A DNA stretch of 64,000 nt from the human T2T-CHM13v2.0 reference genome, Homo sapiens, in NCBI RefSeq assembly GCF_009914755.1, contig NC_060940.1. One strand, 5' to 3'. This document shows, one piece after another, positions 18,763 through 59,243 of the stretch. The translations under genes were made by a program, and so were the position numbers. Each line of letters starts with the position of its first letter. Positions within the stretch are counted from its first letter, which is position 1. Below the pieces are notes generated by a model that had not been told where the DNA came from, did not search any database, and saw nothing but the letters and a program-made list of their open reading frames with translations.

Positions 18763-19844
18763 GTCTAAGGCAACCTTGGTAATTCCATTCCCTTGCCAGC
18801 AACTGGCTTAGAAAAGGGCACGTGATACATTTCTGACCAATGCGATGAAGGAGAAGTCAGCTGGCAGCTTCTGAGAAAATGAGAAAATGATCATAAAAAG
18901 GGACAGATGGGCTGGGCGTGGTGGCTCACATCTGTAACCCTAGTGCTTTGGGAGGTTGAGGCAAGAGGATCACTTGAGGCCCAGAGTTCGAGACCAGCCT
19001 GGGCAACAGAGGGAGACCTCATCTCTAGAAAAAACTCTGAAGTTAGCTGGGTATGGTAGCATGCACCTATAGTCCCAGCTACTCAGGAAACTGAAGGAGG
19101 ATCACTTGAGCCTAGAAGTTCAAGGCTGCAGCGAGCTATGATTGCACCACTACACTCCAGTCTGGGTGACAGAGCGAGACCCTGTCTCAAAAACAAGCGG
19201 GGAACAAGTGGAAGAAGGCTCTCTTCTCTCTTGTCCATATTATCTTGAGACCATGATGGGGTGTGGCTGAGGGCAAGAGCCAGCTGCTAAGAATGGAATA
19301 GTGGAAAAGTGGAAGGAAACAAGGCCCACCATTCCACAATGGAGCCACTGAATCAATTAACCACATGGCCCCCTGCAGAGAAACAATAACTTCCATTAGC
19401 ATCTACACCACTTCCAGTTGGGTTCTCAGTGATTTGAAGCCAAACACAACCTACCTGGCAACCCTACAACTTCACCCCTCACCACTGTTTGGACACTACC
19501 AAACTTAGGCCATGATGATTAAGGCCAGGCATGAGCTCCACCCTCCCTGCCACCCTATGAGGAATAAAGCAGATATGGGGAAGGTGAAAGGGCATGATTT
19601 AGGGATCCATAAAGCCCCAGATTGGAGCCTTAGTTCTACAACTCAATAATGGTGGGCTAGAGCTCTATGCACCCCATACTCTAGGATGGGGACTCATACC
19701 TGCATGGTTGACTAGTGCAGTCATGTCTGTGCATCTGAGCAGTTATTTTCTTCTCTGGACCATTATTAACCATTAGAGCTAGCATTTGTCCCCAGGTCCC
19801 GGGCACTGTGCAAGTCTTCACCTACATTATCCTACTACCTCATA

Positions 19845-20262
19845 AGATAGTTTGGATGTGTGTCCCCTCCAAACCTCATGTTGAAATGTGATCCCCAATG
19901 TTGGAGGCGGGGCTTGGCGAGAGGTATTTGGGTGGTGGGAGCAGATCCCTCATGAATAGCTTGGTGCCCTCCCTGAGTAATGAGTGAGTTCTCACTCTTT
20001 TAGTTCACGGCGAGGTCTGATTGTTAAAAAAGTGTTTGGCACCCTTCCTGTCTCTCTCTCACCCCTCTTCTCACCATGTGACACACCTGCTCCCCTTTCA
20101 CCCTCCACAGTGAAGAAAAGCTTCCTGAGGTCTCACCAGAAGCAGATGCTGGCATCATGCTTCTTGTACAGTCTGCAGAACGTGAGCTAAACAAACCTCT
20201 TTTCTTATAAATTACTCACCCTCAAGTATTCCTTTATGGCAACGCAAAACAGGCTAAGACAC
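19845..20262 (+). mobile_element. MST-family MaLR LTR (MSTB-like)
   Basis: gatagtttggatgtgtgtcccctccaaacctcatgttgaaatg...gtattcctttatggcaacgcaaaacaggctaagaca. Confidence 0.8.
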
Positions 20263-21361
20263 CTCAATGGACTAATACATAACAGCCCCATAAGGTGAGT
20301 GCCACCATCTCCCCCACCTTACAGATCAGGAAACAGGGGCTCTGAAAAACTGTGGCTCACTCAAGGTCATACTGCTTGTTAAGTGCAGAGATAGGATTCC
20401 AACTCAGAGGCATCTGGCTCAAGAACCCATGTGTCTGTGTTTCAGGTTGCAATGCTGAGGTTAAACAAGAGGATGTGTGCTAGGAGCCCCAGCACACCAC
20501 AGGGGCTGGGAAACGTTATTGCATCGAGTTTGAGTCCAACACACGGTCTCATTCCTCCACCCACCACTCAGCCTAGAAAAAGGGTCGGAAGGTTGACTCC
20601 ACTTTCAGAAGCTTGCCAGCTCCAGCCAGTCAGCCAGAGTGAAGCTGACAAGAGCAATGAGGGAAATACGGAAAGATAAATCCAGATGTGGACAATGAGA
20701 CCGTGTCCCCTGAGAACTGTGGTGGCAGCGGGACTCAAAGATCCAGGCCTGCTCGGTGTGGCTGCGGCTCGGGTTCCTGGGCCACAGGGCTGCCTTACCT
20801 GCCAGTTTCCATGCCTGGCTGACTCCCCCCACCGCCCCTCTGGCTTCCACACCAGCCCACTGATGCCACCCCAGAGAACTCGGCTGTTTGCCTTGCTCCT
20901 CTAGAGGGCAGGTGGATGCGGTGAAACGGGCAGCGATTCCAGAGCCATCACAACTCCTGGCTGAAACCAAACATGACAGATTTACCATTGGGCAGGCTGC
21001 TCCATTTATTATTTAACGCTCGCAATAAATATTTGCATGACCCAGTGCTGGAGGGAACGCTCTGTGATAACTCACTGCATTTTCCTGCCAAACACCAGCA
21101 CAGTCGGATTCCGAAGCTGCAGCAGAGAATATTTTATGCTATTCTAAAAATCCAGGTGATGGCCCCTTGTTAGAAAACCTTTTCTCATCCATTTCCATAG
21201 AGGAAAAAAGGAGCAGGGAGACCTTAGCTCCGAGAAGCAACTAGAGGAGGAAGAAGAGGAGGAGGAAGATGCTGACAGGTGACATTTACTTAGCACCTAC
21301 TGAGTGCCAGGCCCTAAGCTAAGGACTTCACACTCATTCATTCAACACCTCTCTCTAGAGG

Positions 21362-22049
<688 letters not shown>

Positions 22050-22094
22050 CTAACTATGCGAAGACACTGAATTTAAAAGGCTTTTCTTTTCATT

Positions 22095-25545
<3,451 letters not shown>

Positions 25546-26769
25546 TAGGACAGACGGCAACACGTGCAAAGCTTGTGCTGGGAGGTGAAGGGAGAACAAC
25601 TCGCTGGAGGAAGCAAGGAAGAGGAGATTTAGTTAGAGCAGACAGCCAGGATCAGAGCATGCAGGGTCTGATCATTTATTTCCAAGTTATTCTGAAATCA
25701 AAGAGAAGCAGGCTTTTAAGCTAAGAATGCAGCACATCGGCTAGCATAGAATAAGAGTTCAAAAAAAGTGTAAGCTCCCTTCCCTCTCCTGAAACAACCA
25801 AAGTAAATAAAAATGGCCCCTCTGTTTTGAATTATTTATTTATTTTTGCTTTCAAACTGTTTTCTTAAAAAAAAAAAAACTACAGAGTAGTGAGTGGGGG
25901 CGGGGGGGTAAGGGGTGGAATACTCAAAACGTGTTCAAAATCAAACGAGCCAGAAACTCCTCGCTGGAAATTTTCTCTCTAGATCTCTGCAGGAATCAGT
26001 GGAACCATGAGAGACAGAGTCGAAAGCAGCAGAGCCTGGAATTATTTCTCTAAGCAAGACCCAGACGCCAGGCAGGTAGTGAAATTGCTCCTGCCCCACC
26101 TCCATCCTTGCTGCCTATCTGAGAACAGAGTCTGCCAACCCCTCCTGATGAGAGACTGACCCCTCATAGCCACTGCAGGCTGGAAGCCATAAGCTTAAAC
26201 CACTTCGATACCATGAAAGCAAAATGTATGGTTGGCAAAAAGCAAAAAAAAAAAAAAAAAAAAACTGGTTACTGGCGAGTGCAGAACCACAGTCTGGGTC
26301 GATGACAAATTATCCAGCATGAATCTTGGTGTGACTTAGGCCCCTCTTAGTCCTCTAAAATTCATCACATTTTGTTTATTCGTTCACTACCCACTTACAG
26401 TAGATGCCAAGAAATATATATAACAAGATTATAGATATAAATTTAAAATTAGGACTAAAGAAAGATAATCTAGAATAAGAGGTAAAAGCAGAACAGAGCA
26501 GGATGGAAGGTAGAATAAAGATATACAGGCCAGAAGGCCAGTTACTAAACTGGATTTGAGAACATGGCGCTGAGTTCCCTGGTGGCCAAGTCAAAAAGGG
26601 CAGTTGGAGATGTTCTCATGGTCCACAAAAAGAAACACACTTAACTTTGCAGAACAAGCACTGTCCTGCCGTGTGACCTCAGATAAGTGATTTAACCTAC
26701 TTAGACTCAGCTGCCTCATTGCCAAAAAGTTAGTGAAAATTATTGAATGTTTAGGTAAAAAGTTGTAAT

Positions 26770-27311
26770 AAAAAACAAGAATGGGAAAGGATTCCCTATT
26801 TAAAATGGTGTTGGGAAAACTGGCTAGCCATATGCAGAAAACTGAAACTGGGCCCCTTCCTTACACCTGATACAAAAATTAACTCAAGATTGATTAAAGT
26901 CTTAAATGTTAGACCTAAAACCATAAAAACCCAAGAAGAAAACCTAGGCAATACCATTCAGGACATAGGCATGGGCAAAGGCTTCATGACTGAAACACCA
27001 AAAGCAATGGCAACAAAAGCCAAAATTGACAAATGGGATCTAATTAAACTAAAGAGCTTCTGCACAGCAAAACAAACTATCATCAGAGTGAACAGGCAAC
27101 TTACAGAATGGGAGAAAAGTTTTGCAATCTATCCATCGGGCTAATATCCAGAATCCACAAGGAACTTAAACATATTTATAAGAAAAAAACAACCCCATCC
27201 AAAAGTGGCCGGAGGATATGAACAGACACTTCTCAAAAGAAGACATTTATGTGGCCAACAAACATGTGAAGAAAAGCTCATCATCACTGGTCATTAGAGA
27301 AATGCAAATCA
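26770..27311 (+). mobile_element. L1PA ORF2 3' fragment, truncated at both ends
   Basis: Peptide [51 protein letters not shown] is typical L1 ORF2; ends abruptly at gagaaatgcaaatca. Confidence 0.93.
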
Positions 27312-27424
27312 TTGTCAGAGTGCTCAGAGAGGGCATGTTCCCTGGGTCTTGGTGGATTTAGAGGTCAAGGGACCATTTCTGGAAGCTCACTGTGTGCCAG
27401 GGCAGCTTATATCAGAGCTCCGCT

Positions 27425-35050
<7,626 letters not shown>

Positions 35051-35180
35051 ATAATAATATTTTACATAACCAACCACTTCTAAAGATTAAAAAAACCCCT
35101 ACGATTAAAAACCTCAGGTCCCTCAGGCAATCATACCAGATATTGAAACAAAGCAATAACATAAGGACTGCAGTATTCAT

Positions 35181-35205
35181 TTTATTTTTATATTATTTAT
35201 TTATT
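35181..35205 (-). terminator. NPIP polyadenylation signals (three AATAAA within 30 nt of the stop)
   Basis: tttatt on + strand at 35181, 35196 and 35200. Confidence 0.7.
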
Positions 35206-35210
35206 CTTCC

Positions 35211-49907
<14,697 letters not shown>

Positions 49908-49989
49908 CAGCAGGATGCGGAAGGTCCCGATAGTAAACCATCTCCATCACATCCATGTAGCCATCCGTCCATCAACCTGTATCTCAGGA

Positions 49990-50200
49990 ACAAATGTACA
50001 TACATTCATTTTAAGCATGCATGGTACATTTACAAAAATTAACCTGACTTATTTTGTTCCAGCAAATCTCAATATATTTGAGAGCAATCAAATCACACAG
50101 CATGTTTCTGATCATAAAACTGTGCTAGAAGTCAATGATTAAAAGCTAATTCAAAATTATTATTTGCTTGGAAATTCAAAGTGCCCTTATAAGACATAAA
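49990..50200 (+). mobile_element. Old L1 ORF2 fragment immediately upstream of NPIP exon 1
   Basis: tacattcattttaagcatgcatggtacatttacaaaaattaacc...tttctgatcataa...ctagaagtcaat; translates as an L1 endonuclease-like HGTFTKI...SDH. Confidence 0.6.
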
Positions 50201-51017
50201 CATAAGAAAGAATCCAAAATGAAACAAGATTGCCTTTCAACTCAATGATGAGATCATAACATGGCAATAAAATGTCTCCCTCTGGCCTGGGAATTCCTCT
50301 TTGTGGCACAAGGTTGTGTGATCTCAAATCACCCCTAACCCACCTAGACATTTTAACATCCGAAACTGAGTGATGATGTCCTTATCTATGTCATCTTACT
50401 GCCCGTGTGTGTGGACTTTAAATTCTGAACCCAAATGAGGGGGAGAAAACCAAGCTGACTTTCATGACTGAGCTCTCAGGGACGTCCAAGGAATCTGTGC
50501 ATTTCAAGAAACAAAGTTCATCAGCTTCTCTCCTAAGGTATTTGCCCACAATACCCAGAGGGCTTGGCCGCATCATGTGTGATGGGTGGGGAGCTCCAAG
50601 CAGGCGGGCAGGACCCAGGGGCCTGGTGACCAGGACAGACCCCCACTGTCCATCACCTTTCCTGGCCCTGTCCTCAGCTAAACTTCCCACAGGCCTTCTG
50701 CCCGATCACACAGAGTGTGCCCAAACTCTCTCAGGCCTCTGGCAGCTGAAAACCACTGCTTTAAATCCCTTTACCATTTACTATGACATAAGGTTATTGT
50801 AAACAGGAAATATTCTATTGATGCTACAAATGGAAAGCCAATGCCTTTACCATAAATAGAAAAACAACCCTAAGAAACAAGCAAAACAAAAACAAAACAG
50901 GGGCTGGGGGTGGTGGCTCACGCCTGTAATCCCAGCACTTTGGGAGGCCGAGGTGGGCAGATCACAAGGTCAGGAGTTCCAGACCAGCCTGGCCAATATG
51001 GTGAAACCCTGTCTCTA

Positions 51018-51194
<177 letters not shown>

Positions 51195-51370
51195 CTACAA
51201 ACAAACAAAAAACAGGATTAACAAAACTATGGAATTCAATTCTATTTATATGCTGCAGCCATGTTCCAGCCCTAGATTTGGCTGGGCATGGTGGCTCACG
51301 CCTGTAATCCCAGCACTTTGGGAGGCTGAGGCAGGCGGATCACGAGGTTAGGAGTTCGAGACCAGCCTCA

Positions 51371-51656
<286 letters not shown>

Positions 51657-52423
51657 CTACCCACAATGGACGGGTCACTGAGCAGGTCCGGCCAACTGGG
51701 CGTTCCCTCGCTGGAGGGCCAGCACACCAGACTGCAGGTGGCGCGGGTCAGCAAGGTACCAGGGGATGTGTCACACACACAGCCCACCCCCGTCCAGTCA
51801 CGCACGGACACCCTGGGCTTCCGAGCAAACCTGCTCCCACGTGGTGTGACCACATGGAGCCACAGACACCCAGCAAGGACACGCAGCCCGCACACCCCCG
51901 GTACTCCAGACACAGTGACCTGCACCAGGGCTCGAGGTTTCTCTAGGGAACCCACCTCTTAGAATCATCCAGAAACAAGTCACTCTTCACCTGTCCAGCA
52001 AAGGCCTGCTGAGAGGTGCACAGTGTCTGGAGTCCAAGCTGCGCCAAGGCGGCAGGACCCCCAGCCCAGCCCAGGACCCCCAGTAGAGCCCTCACCTCAG
52101 CGTGGAGGCCTGAGAACGTGAGGAAGGAGCTGTCCAGCACGGACGAGTCCAGGCAGCTGTCGATGTCCAGCACCTACTGCCCGGCAGGTGTGGGGCTCAG
52201 GCTCCCAGCCACCTGCAGGACGACGGCAGTGGTCAGCGGGCGGCAGCTCAGACCTGCTCAGGACAGGGATGAGAAGCCACCTCCTCAGCAGACAGGACAG
52301 AGCCCGGTGCCATCTAACAGAATGTCCTAGAATGCTGGATATATGGGACATCTGCACCGTCCGTGATGGCAGCCCCTCGCGACATGTGCCACTGAACACT
52401 TGACAGCAGACTGGTGCAGCTAA

Positions 52424-55870
<3,447 letters not shown>

Positions 55871-56486
55871 AAAAGGGAATGCCAGAAGGGCAATTCCAAT
55901 AAAGGAAAATGGAGGTATTGAAGAAACAGCCACGGGGAGGGTGCTGGCACCTCCGTCTGAGAGACGAGCTATGCAGTCAGGATCGCGGGTGGATGCATGG
56001 TCTCCCACAGTGGTAGCGATGCTCATGTCACTTGTGGGGCCACGCTACTGTGCAGAACGTGGGCTGCCCACCCTGACTGACTGGCACCTACTTCCAGCTA
56101 GGAGCTGTCCTAGTCCTCAGGGACAGTGAGTGCTCACGAGGTCATTCCCAGGATGAACACACGAGCCCTTCACACAGCACTGCAAAAACTGCCTTGTTCT
56201 GACGCCTGCGACGAGACTCACTCCCAGAGGGTGCAACCAGCACAGCCAGTGAGAGCAGGGGAGGCCCTGCCACCCCGCCGCGCCCCTCACCTGAGCCCCG
56301 GCCCCAGCCTGTCTTGACGAGGATCTCGTACTTGAAGCGGCCCCGCTGCCCACAGAAGGGGATGGCGCAGCCCCAGCTGGCATCCAACTGGTCCAGCTTG
56401 TGCAGGATGGCGGCCATGACCATGTAGGTCACCAGGCACACAGCACATGTCAGCATGACGATGTAGTTTACATCCGCTGTCGGCTC

Positions 56487-56546
56487 CTGTGAAGACACAG
56501 CCGCCGGGCCCAGGAGGTCACGTGCAAGCTGTGCCTTCTCAGGATA
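56487..56546 (-). ncRNA. MIR6770: miR-6770-type 5'-tailed mirtron hairpin at the 3' end of PKD1P intron 25
   Basis: 5p arm UGAGAAGGCACAGCUUGCACGUGA (56518-56541) matches recalled miR-6770-5p. The 3p arm ends at the intron AG. GAAGGCACAGC pairs with GCUGUGUCUUC. Confidence 0.7.
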
Positions 56547-58139
56547 GAGCCGAGCCCACCCAGGCCCTCCTCGACTCTGCAGAGGCTCCCAGGAGCACAG
56601 GGTCACTCACAGGAAACACAAAGCGTACATGGCTTGGGGGCATGAAGAGGCTGGCGCCGAAGGCGGTGAGGTGGCGGGTGAGGCAGACGGCCTGGCGGGG
56701 CGAGGTCTCCTCCAGGGGCAGCAGCCCCTCTGTCCGCCACACCACATCCTCCTCGCTGAAGTACTGGCACAGGGACGTGTACAAGCCCACGGACACCTCC
56801 AGCGCCGACCAGCGGAAGTGGCTGGAGAGGTTCAGACGGTAACTCCCCACTGGGTCTCTGGTCCTGGGAAGGGAAGGGGCAGTGGACGTGAGCCCAGGCT
56901 CCGCCAGGTTGGATGTCGGAGTCCCAGAGCCCATACCCGGTCCAGTCCCCTCGCTGCCTGCCGTCCCCACGGGGCCCGTAACCCGGGCAATGCTGACCCA
57001 TGATGCCCTGCCCTGCCCTGCCAGGCCGGCCCGCAGAGCTCACCCCGGGGAAATGAAGAAGGTGTAGGGCCGGTGGTCGGCACCCTGGAGGGACTCTGGG
57101 CGGATCCTCCTGCTAGCCGAGCAGTTGCGCTCATTGGGCCGGGGCTCCGAGTGCAGGTAGACTGCCAGGTAGGGCTCGGGTTCCTCAGACAGGTAGCGGC
57201 CTGGGGCAGAACGCGCAGGTCACACGCCTGCCGGGAAGCTCAACCACCCGGGGGACACCCACGATGGCCCTCCTGAGCCCACCCTCTGCCACGGGCCTGA
57301 AAGGCCATAGGAGCCTCTGCACCAGAGCTGGCACCTGCTTCTCCGTGGCCCCCAGCTCCTCTCCGGCCAGGCCCCCAACAGCCCATGAAACAGCAAATTT
57401 CACCAGAGACACCCATGGAAGCCCTACGAGAAACGCCTTCCCCCCAAGAACAAGGCCAGGGGGCCGCGTGTGCCCCACCCGCTGCACACACCGTCCAGCA
57501 GCGTATAGTTGAGCTGCAGATGCAGCACGGCCACAGGGCTGCTGCTGTCCAGGGTGACCACAGCACCGACGGAGGCCTGGGGCTGGACCACAACGGAGTT
57601 GGCGGAGCTGCGGTGGCCCCGGGCAGCCCAGTCCGAGTTGTTGGGCACCTTCACGGTGATGGCGCGCTCTGAGGCCAGCCGCTCGATGGGGATCTGGGCG
57701 CCGGCCTGTGTCTGGAACGCCATCGAGGCCACCTTGGTGGAGACGGTGTAGTTGCTGATATAGCCAAAGAGAAAGGGATTGGAGTCCACCAGAAAGACGA
57801 GCTGCACCACGTCACTGAGGTTGGCGGGGGCCCTGCTGAAAGCCTAGGGGATGGAGAGGTGGCAGCCAGGCCCTGGGGCGCCGCCATAGCACAGCAGGCT
57901 CCGCGGGTCCGAGCGCTTGCCCTGGGCCATGATCTCCTCGCCCGCCAGCGTCACGGGCTCCTCGTTGAGCACGCGGGAGCGCGTGAGGATGCGCATGAGG
58001 GCAGAGGTCAGGTTGTAGGCCTGGGACGCCACCATCCGCAATGGTGACTCGGCTCCCAGCTCTGAGCGCTGCGGTGCCCGCACGTCTGAGCTGGCCAGGT
58101 GGATGAGGTCTCCTGCAGACAGGCGTGAGGTCAGTGCAG

Positions 58140-58800
58140 AGACAGGGAGGCAGAGGGAGGGTGGGGGCAGGCAAAAAGGGGGAGCTGGAGGGTGGGGGCT
58201 GGGAGAAAGGGGGAACCTGAGGGGGCAGAGAGCGAGGTGCAGGCAGAAGGAAGAGGGAAGCTGGAGAGAGAGTGGTGGAGGGGGAGGGGGAAGGGGATGG
58301 GGATGAGGACGAAGATGAGGGGGATGATGGGGAGAGGGAGGAAAAAGGAAGGAAAAGGGTAGAGAAAAGAGAAAGGGGAGAAGAGGAGGAGCAGGGGGAA
58401 AGGGAGGGGAAGGGGATAAGGGGGATAAGGGAGGGGAAGGGGGATAAGGGAGGGGAAGGAGGATAAGGGGGATAAGAAAGATGAGGGGAATGGACAAAAG
58501 GACGGGGAGGATCGGGGGGGAAATGGAGAAAAGGGGAGAGAGATGGAGAAAAGGGATGGTAATAGGGAAGGGGGAGGGGGAGGAGAATGGGAATTGGGGG
58601 AGGGGGATGAGGATGGGAATTGGGGGAGGGGGATGAGGATGGGAATTGGGGGAGCGGGATGAGGATGGGAATTGGGGGAGCGGGATGAGGATGGGAATTG
58701 GGGGAGGGGGATGAGGATGGGAATTGGGGGGAGGGGAGGGGGACGAAGATGGGATGGGGCAAAGGCGAGGCGGTTGTGGGGAGGAGGGAGGCAGAGGAAA
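58140..58800. repeat. PKD1 intron-22 purine-rich tract with a ~26-bp minisatellite (gggatgaggatgggaattgggggag)
   Basis: About 5-6 copies of the unit at ~58585-58735 inside a G/A-rich intron. Confidence 0.92.
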
Positions 58801-59243
58801 GGGCGGCATGGGGCGGACGGGCCACGTGGGGCGGGCGGGTGGCGTGGGGCACGGGCCGCGGCACCTGTGATGTTGAGGATGCTGTCTCCGATGGCGGTGG
58901 GCGTCACGGTGCCCGTGGTGGTCTCTGCCTGCAGGATGCGCATCATGGCCTCCAGCTTGTGCAGCGTCTGCTTCAGGCACGAGCGGCATACGAGCTCCCT
59001 GCTGGGCCCCTGTGTGGAGCCAGCAGTGTCCAGCCCCGCTCCTGGCCCCACTCCTTGCACACGCCCTCCTCTCTACGCGGGTCCTCACCTGGCTCCCACC
59101 CCCAGCCCTGCAGCTGGAGAGCCCACTTGACTGGACCCCCACAGCCTCCTCACTAAGCATTTTTTGTGGCTCTGCATGACCCAGGGCCTCCACCTGGGGA
59201 ACACGTGATGCAGCCCACCGACCACACAAGGCACCTCTTCACA

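Noticed and set aside
26890-27144. 84-aa ORF
   Set aside because: Internal fragment of a dead L1 ORF2.
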